Assembly (NCBI RefSeq): GCF_004010195.1
Contig: NC_057719.1
Location: forward strand, 46,728,230 to 46,792,229
Direction: 5' to 3'
DNA: 64,000 nt
Origin: Chiloscyllium plagiosum
Lineage: Eukaryota
Shown here: positions 25,140 through 37,985 of the stretch, piece by piece
How the letters are laid out: the number at the start of each line of letters is the position of its first letter
Position numbering within the stretch: position 1 is the first letter of the stretch
Notes under the pieces: model-generated
What the model saw: only the letters and a program-made list of their open reading frames with translations
Databases searched by the model: none
Told to the model about the DNA's origin: nothing
Translations under genes and position numbers: made by a program

Positions 25140-26015
25140 AATGGGCCGAAGTGCACCAGATTGTGTTGCCAGTAGCATACAGACAGGAAGTGTTATGGAT
25201 AGCACATAAAATACTTGTAGGAGGTTACCTAGGGGTATAAAAGACTCACGCTAAGGTACAAAAACATTTTTATTGGCCTGGAACGCACAAGGATGTGGTT
25301 AACGTTTGTCGAATGTGTCATGTGTGCCTCAGATGGTAATAAAACCAGCAGAGAGTGGTAAGGGCGTGGAATGCCTTACCTGCTAATGTAGTCAACTCAG
25401 CCACATTAGGGAGATTTAAACTATCCTTAGATAAGCACATGGATGATTTTGGGATAGTGTAGGGGGATGAGCTGAGAATAGTTCACAGGTCGGCGCAACA
25501 TCAAGGGCCAAAGGGCCTGTTCTGTGCTGTATTGTTCTATGTTCTATGTTCTACTTCATTGCCAATTCCCAAAAAGGTTGGTAGAGGAGTTAGTTGCGTT
25601 TTTCACATGGCATGGGCTACCCAGAGAGATTCAGTCAGACTAAGGGTTCAAATTTACTACTAGACTGTTTAAGGAGGTTCTGGATAGCTTAGGAATACAT
25701 CAATTTAAATCCAGTGCGTATCATCCTGAATCCCAGGGAGCTTTAGAAACGTGGCATCAGACTTTGAAGACCATGTTGATAGCATACTGTCAGGATTACC
25801 CAATGATTGGGATAAATCATAAAAGGTCTGAGATTCAGACGTTTTCCCGAGGGAATGACATGTTCGTACTGTTACCAGTGATAGGAGATCCCTTCAAAGC
25901 CAGGTTTAGTGGTCCCTATCAAATTGAGAAAAAGTTGGGTTAGGTGAACTATCTAGTAATAATGGCAGATAGAAAAAGTTATCGGGTATGTCATGTGAAC
26001 ATGTTGAACCCATAT
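25140..26015 (+). pseudogene. Integrase remnant (zinc-binding domain, partial core, GPY/F), located upstream of RT
   Basis: HQIVLP...AH...FYWPG..KDV...CRMCHVC; HGLPREIQSD; SAYHPESQGALETWHQTLKTML; ARFSGPYQI; CHVNML. Confidence 0.85.
25349..25553 (+). mobile_element. CR1 3'-end insertion inside the integrase
   Basis: agagagtggtaagggcgtggaatgcc... with (ttctatg)n tail, interrupting the KPA|xLPIP segment. Confidence 0.8.
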
Positions 26016-26259
26016 TATACTAGAAAGAACTGGAAAAACAGGTGTTAGTTACTGCCCTGCAGAGTAAGGCATCAAATCTAGACAATATGGATTGTCTACC
26101 TCAAAATAGATTTAAAAATGAAGATGTCCTTGAGGAGTACGATAGGTTATTAAACTCTCTGTCTCAGTAGCGTAGAACACAGTTGAAGTATTTGTTACTG
26201 CAGTACAAGGATATATGTAAGAATCAGATGGGGAGGATTAATGCTATTGTACATGACAG

Positions 26260-27483
26260 TATGCTATCGGCTTAATCCTTTCAAAGCCAGGCCCACCCAG
26301 ATGGAGGTGGAGGCCATGCTTGATGAGAACATCATCGACCCAAGCCAGAGCGAGTGGCGTTTGCCAATCGTCTTAGTTCCCAAACCGGACAGAACTCAAT
26401 GATTCTGTGTGGATTATCGGAAGGTCAACACCGTTACAAAATTGGACTCATATCCAATTCCTAGATTGGAGGACTGTATCAAGAAAGTCAGATAAGCCAG
26501 TTACATCACCAAGTTGGACTTAATTAGTGGTTACTGGCAGGTACCTTTATCAGAGTCAGCGAAAGAAATTTCTGCGTTTGTAACCCCAAATGGGCTATAT
26601 CTGTTTAAAGTGATGCCCTTTGGAGTGAAGAAGGCACCCGCCACATTCTAAAGACTCATGAACAGCGTTGTGGCTGGGCTAACAAACTATGCAGTCTATT
26701 TGGACGATGTAGTGATCTTTAGTAAGTTCTGGAAAGATCACATGGTACAGCTGGCCGAGGTCTTTGAATGACTATGAGAAGCAAAACTGGTGATAAACTT
26801 AAATAAAACAGAATTCGCAAAAGCAGAGGTGACATTCTTGGGACATAACATCGGTCATGAAAGGTTGACTCCATGGAACGCAAAGACAAAGGCCATTGAG
26901 GAATTTCCACAATCAACCTCAAAGAAAGAGTTGCTTAAATTCTTATGGCTCAGTGGATTCTATCGGAAGTTTGTTCCAAACTTCAACAGTGTAGTTGCTG
27001 AAGAAGAACACAAAATTTCAGTGGACAAAACAATGCTGGGAGGCATTCAACCATTTGAAATCGATATTAACCAACAAACCAGTTTTAGCTACACCAAACT
27101 TGTCAAAACCTTTTAAAGTTGCCATTGGTGCTAGTGACATTGGAGTTGGAGCTGTACTCCTGTAGGAAGATGAGGATGGGATTGAACTGCCAGTCGGTTA
27201 CTTTTCGAAGAAGATCAACTTTCACCAGAGGAAATGCTCCACTATCGGAAAAGAAATACTGAGATTGGTACTGGCCTTATAACATTTTAATGTGTATGTC
27301 ACAAACAATGTGTCAGAGACCGTGGTATACATGGATCACAATTCGCTTACATTCCTAGAATGCTTTAAGGCCAAGAATATGAGGCTATTTCGTTGGAGTC
27401 TTATGTTACAGACTTTTAATTAAAAAATCATATATGTTGCGGGTCGTAAGAATGTAATCGCAGATGAGTTATCGTGGATTTAA
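26260..27483 (+). pseudogene. pol: Gypsy-type reverse transcriptase and RNase H remnant
   Basis: PIVLVPKPD, FCVDYRKVN, YPIPRLED, KLDLISGYWQVP, MPFG, YLDDVVI, FLGH, SGFYRKFVPNF, ASDIGVGAVL, PVGYFSKK, KNVIADELS. Confidence 0.9.
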
Positions 27484-28489
27484 CTGATAAAGTTTAGATG
27501 AGATTTATACTTATCTAATGTTTTATATATATGCAGTTATATGGGAAGATGCTAAAATGAACTTAGATTAAAGTTATCAGTATATTACAGTAATGTGTTT
27601 AATAAATAAAACAACGCTGGCAAGGCTTAGGAGGTGAGGAAGATATCGTGACTTCTGACTTCTACCAATATTACTCCACCACTTACTGTAACTTCTTCCA
27701 CTGAAGCAGAAATATTAGAAAATATGTGGTTTCATTCTATGGTACGGGAGGGAGTTTTACACTCATCTGCAGAGGTTATTTACACAGTGTGACCCATTTC
27801 AGAAATGTGAACAGCTTATATTTAAGCCAAAATGAACAGATGACATCCAAGAAATAAGCATACATCAGTATTTTTACTACAGTAGTAAGTTAAACTGATA
27901 TTTCTAAGGGAGAAATCTCAGATTAGCTAAAATATAAGTTATTTAAAGTCCAAGATGTTCTTACAATCACAGTTTAGTAATTACTGGTTCTAGGAAGGAG
28001 GCTTATGAAAGACCTTCAATATCCTGAGACTGTATTTAGTTAAAAAAAAATCCTTATATTTGAAACATACATCCTTAGGATTCTAAAAACAACTGCTGCA
28101 TTTCCTTCAAATAATTTGGTTATACATACAGAAAAGGTTTTTTTTGAAAAGCAAGTGTGGATTATAGAATATTATTGGTTAGCTGAAACTGCAAAATGGT
28201 TCATTTGCAGATGACCACCGATGTGTTTGGAAACAAAGGGTTGAACTTTCTTGTTTTAAAGTGTTTTGTTCAATAAGGTCCACAGTGTCTGTCTGCCATG
28301 TCTCAGGGCAGCTTCTGCTATTCTTCACCTTATTAATGGGCTCGACAGTGGAATAACATAGCAACGTTCTCTAAGCTGCATGGCTGCTCTGAAGGTTCAC
28401 GAACACTGTTTGAAGTGTTGGGTAGGAGTTGCTTCGACTCACAATCTTCAGCGATCCATGCGGAAGGGAACAAAGTTACAGGGATTAAG

Positions 28490-28825
28490 TGAAAAATCAC
28501 ATGACACCAGGTTATAGTCTAACAGGTTTATTTGGAAGTATTAGCTTTCAGAGTGCTGCTCCTTCATCAGGTAGCTGGTAGAGTAGGATCATTGGACACA
28601 GAATTTATAGCAAAAGATCATAGTGTCATACAACTGATGCGATATATTGAACAAATCTAGGTTGCTGTTAAGTTTTTCATATTTTAGAATGGGTTGCAGG
28701 TTTTGATTCATTAATATGTAAATCCCAGAACTTCTTTCAAGTCACATTCCTGAGATAACTTAAGGTTTTATGAAAAAAGGTGACATCTCAGCTCAGACAA
28801 TGCATTAAAGGTGTGAGGTTAGAAT
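28490..28825 (-). mobile_element. Penelope-like terminal repeat, family 3; hammerhead motif at 28542-28570
   Basis: gtgaaaaatcac..caccaggttatagtc..aacaggtttatttggaag; minus strand CUGAUGA-A-GGAG-cagca-CUCU-GAAA-G-CUA. Confidence 0.65.
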
Positions 28826-29694
28826 CTATACACAGCAAATAGCCCCGGCTTAGTGCAAAGGACTTCTGTCACCCAGTAACCATTCCTGTATGGCACAAGG
28901 CTTTGGGGAAGAGGCATGAGCTCGTACACATCATATCAGCTTCCAGGATACCTAGTACAGATCTTCAACATCGATGGGCACAGATTGCTTGAAGCTTGAT
29001 GAAATAATGGAAATTGATTCTGACCATAAACTATACAGGGGTTGGTGATGGGATGCAGTTGATGGCACCTTGCATCTGGGGCGGCCACCATTGGCGGGGA
29101 ACTCAGCAGCCAAGCTGCCTGACTCTCATCATTAGGGAAGGTCGTGGAGAGGTCTAAACTGGTGAAAATGACATTAGTAACATCTCAGAGTGTTTGTGGA
29201 CTGATGATAGGGCAGTGCCACGCAGGTCCCCAGTGGTGGCTCTTTGAAATTTTTAGGGCAACTGTGGTACTGATGGCTGCTGGGATGGAATGAGCACAAG
29301 TCCTGCTCCAGTAGATGAGAGAGTTTGGTGATAATGGTGCAGGACATTCTAATCTGTACCTGCATGGTCTTTCTGAGAGCTGTAGAAAATGGAAACAAGA
29401 GATGGAGCTGCATGGTCACATCATTCTCTTTCGTGTTCCTTAGGGATCCTCCTCTGCTGAGTCTCCCTCTGGAGCCTGGGGTGATACTTACTGGAGGTTA
29501 CTATTCTTGCTGATCTTATGAACAATATTGTAATTGCTCACTCCTTCCACGTAGACTTTGCATTTGAAGGAAGGTTACAAAGACTTCAACCACAACATTG
29601 TCCATGGCAGATACATGAGTAGATAATCTGTGGGAAACATTAGAAAGAGAGCACCACTTCCTTCTTGGTATTCCTGAGTCTTCACATCCATCAC

Positions 29695-30370
29695 ATAATT
29701 CCTTGAAAGTGGAATCGCAGGTAGATAGGCTAGTGAAGAAGGCATTTAGTAATCTTTCCTTCATTGGTCAGTGCATTGAGTATAGGAATTAGGAGGTCAT
29801 GTTGTGGCTGTACAGTATATTGGTTAGGCCACTTTTAGAATACTGTGTTCAATTCTGGTCTCCCTGTTATTAGAAGGATGTTGTGAAACTTGGAAGGGTT
29901 CAGAAAAAAATTACAAGCATGTTGCCAGGATCGGAGGGTTTGAACAATAGGCAGAGGCTGAAGAAGCTTGGGCTGTTTTCCCTGGAGTGTCAGAAGCTGA
30001 GGGTGACCTTATAAAGTTTTATAAAATCATGAGGGGCGTGGACAGGTTGAATAGACAAGGCCTCTTCCCCAGGGTAGGGGAATCCAAAGGTTTAAAGTGA
30101 GAGAAGAAAGATTTAAAAGGGACCTAAGGGGCAACTTTTTCATGCAGAGATGGTGCACATACAGAATGAACTGCCAGATCAAGTGGTGGTGGCTGTTACA
30201 ATTACAACATTTAAAAGGCATCTGGATGGGTACATGAATAGCAAGGATTTAGAGGGATATGGGCCAAACGCTGGCAAATGGGACTAGATTAATTTAGAAT
30301 ATGTCGTCGGCATGGATGAGTTGGACCAAAGGGTCTGTTTCTGTGCTATCCATCTCTATGACTCTATGAC
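29695..30370 (+). mobile_element. CR1 LINE (HER1-like) 3' fragment
   Basis: SLKVESQVDRLVKKAF...; tail ctctatgactctatga. Confidence 0.9.
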
Positions 30371-31255
30371 AATGAAGCCTCATGCTATGTCCTTGTACAG
30401 TGTGGCATAAGGTTTTGCAAGGAGGCCATTGTCATACCTCAGTAAGGAGCTCTAGAAGTATATAACCTTACCCAAATGTACTTTGCATAACCAATGTTTT
30501 TATGCTAACATTGTGAGTGAAATTCTGCTGGTAAGCCATTATAATAGACCCCCAACCCCAAGGGAAATGTCCCTTTGCACAGGACAGGCCATATACTTGC
30601 AGGTTTTTTAAATATACTCAGGGGATGTTGGCTGGACCAGCATTCACTGCTGATCCCTGGCTGCCTTGGAGAATGGGCACGTTACAGTTTCAGTTTACTG
30701 TGCGAATGTGGTAAATGTGCAGCTTTTTCTTGCATAGCTTTAGAAACAGTTTCAGAAATGCCAAGCCCAGGTGATTCTTTTCAAATTCACTTGTCTGTTC
30801 ATAGTTAGTTAGCTGACTTGACAAGGAGACAATTAATGTGAACTGTGTAATGGTCATGATTGCTTAAGGCCATAAACTGTAATGTGCATTCTTGGACAAT
30901 GAACAATTTACCATGTAGTGCAATTTGATGCCTGATAATTTGGCATTACTGAATCCATAGAGGCATGATTAATGCAATTGCCTCCAGCAAGGGCCAGAAA
31001 TTAATATCCTGAAGAAATTAACAATACCTTATTCCACCATTCAGCCGGCAAAGGAAGCCATTTTGTTTCATTACTGGGCCATTGACTTTACATAGAAGAT
31101 GGCAGTATTTCAATTTGTGTTCCTGTGACTGACTTGCAGCTCTATCTGAAGCAAAGCCCCATCTTTCATGTGTCATTTTGTGTTGCTGTCCCTGAGTCCT
31201 GAATGACCTTTCAGCCTCTCTCTCTGTTTCTGTTCAACACCTTCATGTAACATAT

Positions 31256-31274
31256 GATATATATATATATATAT
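31256..31274. repeat. (TA)n microsatellite
   Basis: Direct reading. Confidence 0.9.
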
Positions 31275-31505
31275 AAAACATATATCATATAAATAATATC
31301 CCAAACAGTCCATGCAATTTGAAATTTGTCATGTCCTTGGCTCAAAATGTTCTCATGTAGATGCAAGAGTGAGAATGGGCGTGAAAATTCACCCTCTTTA
31401 ACTCCACTATGTCAAACTATGCTGTAGGAGATCCCATCATTCTATCACAATTTGCACCTCATCACTGTCACCATTTCCTCAGTGAACTAGTCCAGTGAGA
31501 TCTAT

Positions 31506-32173
31506 CGAGGAGAAAGTGAGAACAGCAGATGCTGGAGATCAGAGCTGAAAATGTGTTGCTGGAAAAGCGCAGCAGGTCAGGCAACATCCAAGAAGCAGGA
31601 GAATCGACGTTTCGGGCATGAGCCCTTCTTCAGGAATGAGGAAAGTGTGTCCAGCAGGCTAAGATAAAAGGTAGGCAGGAGGGACTTGGGGGAGGGGAGT
31701 TGGAAATGCNNNNNNNNNNNNNNNNNNNNNNNNNNNNNNNNNNNNNNNNNNNNNNNNNNNNNNNNNNNNNNNNNNNNNNNNNNNNNNNNNNNNNNNNNNN
31801 NNNNNNNNNNNNNNNNNNNNNNNNNNNNNNNNNNNNNNNNNNNNNNNNNNNNNNNNNNNNNNNNNNNNNNNNNNNNNNNNNNNNNNNNNNNNNNNNNNNN
31901 NNNNNNNNNNNNNNNNNNNNNNNNNNNNNNNNNNNNNNNNNNNNNNNNNNNNNNNNNNNNNNNNNNNNNNNNNNNNNNNNNNNNNNNNNNNNNNNNNNNN
32001 NNNNNNNNNNACCTCCTTCCACCTAGTGCATTTCCAACGCCCCTCCCCCAAGTCCCTCCTCCCTACCTTTTATCTTAGCCTGCTGGACACACTTTCCTCA
32101 TTCCTGAAGAAGGGGTCATGCCCGAAACATCGATTCTCCTGCTCCTTGGATGCTGCCTGACCTGCTGTGCTTT
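31506..32173. mobile_element. Penelope-derived inverted pLTR pair around an N-gap (31710-32010), with TSD
   Basis: Inverted arms; hammerhead motifs at 31606-31633 (-) and 32104-32131 (+); ccagtga(g/a)atctatc on both flanks. Confidence 0.8.
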
Positions 32174-33074
32174 TCCAGTGAAATCTATCCCCAAACTTCC
32201 ATTGCTTGCTTTCCCCAGGACTCCATGCACATTCCCCTAATAAGCCCATTGACCAATATCAAGAAAACCTCCAGGACAGATGGTGGGCTATTCCCCAGAC
32301 TGATAGCAGTGCTGCTCCAACTAAGCATGGCTCAGCACCCAGAAAGACCCAGCCAAAAGCCCTGGACTGGGACTAATCATTGCCAAATCTCTGGATGGGT
32401 TCCCAGACCATGGTAGGACCAACCATTTGAATGATCATGTCCAATTACCTGCAGTGGGATTACTGATTGTAGTGGCATCCTATGGCTAACCATAATCCCA
32501 TTATCTTGCTAAATACCCCTGCTCAATTTTGCCTTTCAGACATGGCCGCTTGGTTGAATAATATTCAATGTGTTGTTGTGCAAGTTGCTGGCACATACTG
32601 GGTGTGACACTGACATTGCACAATGTCACACAGCAAGAGCAGTTCAGTTCTCCCCACTGTGACAAGCTGTTTGCCTCCATCTCTCTGCTAAGAGGTAATA
32701 CAAGCCAGAGAGGCTGTTAGCCATCAAGTAAGCACAAATGTGTGCATGCTGAGAAATTAATCCAAGAGCCATACAATGCATTTAGTTTAGATGTGTCCAT
32801 GTGCACAATGTGATCTGGCAGAAGCATGCAAGGCGTAGGTGTCCCTGAGCTCCAAGGTTGTGGTGTTGGGTTGAAGTAGTGTGTCCGAGAATTGGAATGA
32901 TGTGGGGAAGCTGGTGGTTTTCCGATGCCAACTTACATGTACAAAGGGTGGAGGATGACAAACGAATGCCAGGACAAACAATCGGCAAGCTGGGTATTTG
33001 TGACATCCAGCTTCTAGGGAAGGGAGAGAAAACTCAGAAGTATGTACAAATTAGATGTATAAGGGATTTAATAA

Positions 33075-33885
33075 GACCATAAGAAATAGGAGTGGGAGTA
33101 AGGCCATTTGGCCCATCGCGTCCACTCTGCCATTCAATAATGGCTGATGGGCATTTCAACGCACTCTCCCCGTATCCCTTAATTCCTTGTGAGATTAAGA
33201 ATGTATCAATCTCTGCCTTGAAGACATTTAACACCCTGGCCTCCACTGTGCTCCATGGCAATGAATTCCACAGGCTCACCACTCTCTGGCTGAAGAAATG
33301 TCTCCTCATTTCCATTCTAAATTGACCACCTCTAATTCTAAGGCTGTGCCCACAGGACCTAGTATCCCCGTCTGACGGAAACAATTTCCCAGCGTCCACC
33401 TTTTCTAAGCCATGCATTATCTTGTAAGTTTCTATTAGATCTCCCCTCAACCTTCTAAACTCCAATGAATACAATCCCAGGATCCTCAGCCATTCATCAT
33501 ATGTTAGGCCTACCATTCCAGGGATCATCTGTTTGAATCTCCGTTGGACACGCTCCAGTGCCAGTATGTCATTCCTGAGGTGTGGGGCCCAAAACTAGAC
33601 ACGGTATTCTAAATGGGGCCTAACCAGAGCTTTATAAAGTCTCAGAAGACTTCGCTGTTTTTACATTCCAACCCTCTTGAGATAAATGACAATATTACAT
33701 TTGCTTTCTTAACCACGGACTCAACATGCAAGTCAATCTTTAGAGAATCCTGTACCAGCACTCCCAGATCCCTTTGTACTTTGGCTTTAAGAATTTTCTC
33801 ACCGTTTATAAAATAGTCCATGCCTGTGTTCTTTTTTTCCAAAGCGGTAGACCTCACATTTACTCACGTTGAATTTCATCAGCCA
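33075..33885 (-). mobile_element. CR1 LINE 3' fragment (second subfamily)
   Basis: Minus ORFs QRDLGVLVQDSLK; LGLYSLEFRRLRGDLIETYKI; RHFFSQRVVSLWNSLP. Confidence 0.92.
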
Positions 33886-34861
33886 GTAAGATGCAAATAC
33901 ATGGAAATAAAGATAGTCACTACTCAAGGGCAAGATTCTGAAGTCACTGGTTAAAAGGAGATGGCAAGGACGAAAAGGAAAGTGTTTCTCAATGTTGTGA
34001 TTCCAATCTTTTCATTTGCACTGTATTTTCCCAACTTTCTCATCATTCCTGGGAAGGGAGAGTTCTCAAAAATGGTAAATCACAAAGTGGAGAAAACATA
34101 AAAATGAGGTCAATTAAATGAAAAAGAAATCAACAAAAAAGGGAAACTGCATGTACCGTCCAGCTGCAGGAAAATCCCTCAAAGTTTTGAAGGATAAAAG
34201 CTGAATACATTTTTTTCATCTAGAAAAAGATACAACTCGAATCTGCTTAGTTGCCATGTCACAACATGGACTGCAAACCGAGTTTCATTTTACACTGCTC
34301 TTCTATGATGCAGCAATGAATATTTCCGAACCACTGGCGTAAATCATTTGAATTAGAAGCCAAAAATGGAACACAATCACTCTTACTGAACTGAACTAAG
34401 TAGTTTAGGACTTTGGCAAGAATAAGTGTTGTTGCTAATGTGTTGACAGGTAGAGAACTGAAACAGTGTAGCCAAGCACCCAGAGGGAATCTGCTAAACC
34501 TATTATGTCTGCAAAAATATTGGAAGATTGCAACATGGACAAGTTATTTTATTTTTTTGTTGCTGTATACTAATTAATATTATAAACACGAACCTGCCAG
34601 CAAACTGTCTACCTTGTAGTATTTGGCTCTGTTCTCTGGAAAAGATTCAGCAGTGATTAGACCTGCCTCTTTGTCTGTTTCATTCAGTTAATATAGCCTA
34701 CATTACTAAAAATAAATGACTGTGATCAGCAATTACATCAATTAATAAAATAGTATCCAATATTTGTTGCTAAATTTCGAGCTCATATTTAGCTATATGA
34801 AATAAATTATCTTCAACTATAATATATCCAAAAAAAAGTCACAGATCATATATGAGAACAA

Positions 34862-35886
34862 TTTTATGACTAGATCCCTCAAAAAGGTTCCCCAAGTGAT
34901 CACACTTTCAGATGAAGATCCCAAATTATCAGGCTACTGTTTGAGGAGTGTTGAACTAGCTCCCCACTTTTATTTACCCATCCCCTCAGCTGATCACAAG
35001 ATTAATGTACAAAGGGTCTCTTCCCATGTGATACCTTCCTCCAAGAACAAATGAATTTGTGTTTCAAAAAGGAGTAAATTTAATTAGGCTTAAGTTAACA
35101 AAACAATGAGTTTGTCAGTTATTAAATATGAGTGAAAATAATAACACAATACATACAGACATTCAGAATGAGATGAGTACAAAGTAAGATAAAAGTTAAA
35201 ACTATATATTATTCAGTTTCTATGAATTGTTCATGAACAGTAGATAGTGGAACGTTGATAACTGAACAGTCAATTTCAGCATTTATGGCTTAGCGTGTTA
35301 GTTGAAATCCTTTTGTACTGTTCCTTTTGACTGGCTTGTTGGCTAGCTGGCTTCTAGCACTCAGAGTAAAAGAGAACGACAGACATTTACTTACAACACA
35401 AGGGTAACTTGTGGGTGTTTTTTTTACCGTAATCTTCAGAGTTCACTTGCCCTCAAACCTAGTTGTGTGCAAGAGTACATCAACCCACTGACACATGTGA
35501 CCACCTCAGGCACCAACATACCTTCTTTCATCTCCCCACAGAGCAAGACTGAATTGGTATTTAGCCCCTGTTCATATGTAGTCTTGAAAGGGGAAGACCC
35601 AAAGCATGTCTCACACATCCAGACTGTTTTTTTTGTGTGACATCATTGCAGTCTGAAATAACCCTCAGGATATTACACTTCAGTTTGCAATTCCATTCTC
35701 CCCTTTTCGGTTTGTCCCTTTGAAGATTTCGAGACACCTTGTCAGGTAAGATTTTCAGGATCTCTCTCTCTCTAGACAGCCAGTTTATTAAAATCACAGT
35801 CATATTTCGACTGTATACACTGTTTCTAAAATAAATAACATGTAATTAATGTTTAATGTGTCCATATGTGATCTGTGGTCATGACA
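34862..35886 (-). mobile_element. Possible solo LTR (~1 kb)
   Basis: Short inverted termini t(t)ttatgac ... gtcatgaca (TG..CA type); TSD not clear. Confidence 0.4.
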
Positions 35887-36197
35887 GTAATATATGTGAA
35901 ATAGATCAGTACAGTGGAGGTCCAACATTTTCGCTGTCCTACAAAGAAATGATCAATAGCACCAGCTCTAGCTAGTAATGTAAGACTATTCTTAGAAAAG
36001 CTTATTCAAAAAGATAGTTGCTATTAATACAAACTTGGTGATTGTAATGATACAGGAGGAGAAAGGAGAGAAAGATGTTTTGAGTCAGGAAGCGCATTCA
36101 TATATTGTCAAATTTTTGTCAGTAAATAATTATTTCAAACTCATATAGTTGTGCTAAAAAGACTTTTGAAAAATGCTCATAAATTTTAAGTATTAAA

Positions 36198-36420
36198 TAC
36201 AGGTCGTTCTGCTATAATTCACGTTTGGTTAACACAAATTCGCTATAACACGATTGATGAATTGGGGACACTGTTTCTAAAGTGCAAAGTTTTGAAGCAT
36301 GTATTGGTTATAACGCGATTCTGGCCCCACTTGTTTAAATGGTGCTGCTATTACATGATTTTACTATATCACGGGATTGCATGAGAATGGAACTACTGTG
36401 TTAGATCAAAACTGAATGTA
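36198..36420. mobile_element. Tigger-like (Tc1/mariner) MITE
   Basis: TA-caggtcgttctgctataa ... ttagatcaaaactgaatg-TA: degenerate TIRs with TA flanks; internal (g)ctataacacg repeats. Confidence 0.55.
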
Positions 36421-36984
36421 CTATATGTAGAAAGAAAAATGTTAGAATTTAGAGTTGTACAGAGAGACATTTCTAAGTTTGCTGTTTTTTAATTCCCAGT
36501 ACCAGGTTTGGTGTGTTGATTATTCAATCCTCAAAAAATACTTTCACAGAATGAGAAAAAAAGGACTAAAACATTGCTTGCGTGTTTGAATTTTATTATT
36601 GTCATAAACATGGAAACAATCATCAGATAGCAAAAAGTGACTGCTCCTCTACAAAATAGCCACATTACCAACAATACTCAAAGATATAGTAGAAAGGGAC
36701 ATAACTTTCTCAGCCATTGGAACTGATGTCAATTCTGAAGACAATGAAAAACAGAAATCCTGCAGAGCTGATCATTTAGAAATTTTTGTGGTTTGGGAAA
36801 CTAAAGTTGTTAGTTAACCTAGCCTCAGCTAAAAGGAAAATTGTTTCCTCCTGTATTACACAAGAAAAGTATCCTTGAGCGATAACAACATTTTAAGTCA
36901 GAAACTGCAGAATGAATTTAACGAATGAAAAAAAAGTCTGCACAAAAATGCAGAAACTCAGATTAAATCTTCGAACAAAACAAC

Positions 36985-37190
36985 CAAAGAACTGCAGATG
37001 CTGGAAATCAGTAACACTCGAACAGAAATTGCTCGAAAAACTTAGCATCTGTGGATAAAAAGCAGAGTTAATGTTTTAAGTCCAGTGACCCTTCTTCAGA
37101 ACTGAGAGGGTCACTGAACCCTAAATGTTAACTCTGCTTTCTCTCCATAGATACTGCCAGACCTGTTGAGCTTCTCCAGCAAATTCTATT
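36985..37190. mobile_element. Penelope family 2 fold-back remnant with decayed hammerhead motifs
   Basis: gagttaatgttttaagtccagtgacccttcttcagaact | gagggtcactgaaccctaaatgttaactctgc inverted arms. Confidence 0.65.
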
Positions 37191-37759
37191 TGGGTACATT
37201 CCTGAGAATCTTTACCATATCCAGTCTAGAATCTAAACCTGATACTGAGAATTGATACAGTGACAAAAAAAAATCAATTATTCACAAATGTCTCAAAGTA
37301 AGAAGTTCAGGGAAGAGATGTTCAATTCACAAAGTTAGCATTTTTTAAACCAGCTATTAGCACTATTTAATTTGATAGCAAGAGCTTTACCATCAGCCAG
37401 TCAGTTACTAGAAACCACATGGATTCAATTGGCAAATTCAATGTATGACTTTATCAAAAATGCCATGCAATGCACCAGTTTTGCTTCAATTTAACACTTT
37501 ATCCAGCCCCAAGTAGAATACTACACATTAGCAAAGAGCTGCTATATTGAAATTAAGGGATGCAGAGCATACACAGTACAAGAACACCACCTGGAACATA
37601 CAATATTTAAATATTAAAATGTGTAGGAAGAGCATGAAGGGAACAGGACAGCAACACAAGAAACTCTCGCATTCCAGAATATTTTATTTTCATGATCTGA
37701 GCAGCATTTCATGCCAAAAGTAGGAGAGAAGCTCTCTAAAATGTTGATAAAATGAAGAA

Positions 37760-37895
37760 CAGCAGTTAGTGGAGATCTGAAACAAAAACAGAAATTTCTG
37801 GAAAAACTCAGCAGGTCTGGCATCATCCTTGAGAAGAAAGCAGAGTCCAATGAATCGTCAATGCTGAGTTTCTCCAGTGATTTCTGTTTTTGTCA
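37760..37895. mobile_element. Penelope family 2 fold-back remnant
   Basis: aaaaacagaaatttctggaaaaactcagca ... tgctgagtttctccagtgatttctgttttt. Confidence 0.6.
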
Positions 37896-37985
37896 CAAAA
37901 ACCTTGCTAGCAACAAATATCTAAAATCTTATTTTTACCTTTATAAATACTTTGTATCTCATTAATTGGCTCTTAATATAATATA

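Larger units (their letters stand above)
21999..27610 (+). mobile_element. Decayed Gmr1-like Ty3/Gypsy LTR retrotransposon (5' LTR, PBS, gag, PR, INT, RT, RNaseH; no 3' LTR)
   Basis: Domain motifs read in order along + strand (see sub-features); many stops, frameshifts and deletions. Confidence 0.9.

Noticed and set aside
27484..27700. 3' LTR of the Gmr1-like element
   Set aside because: No similarity to 21999-22698; the element appears truncated after the 3' UTR
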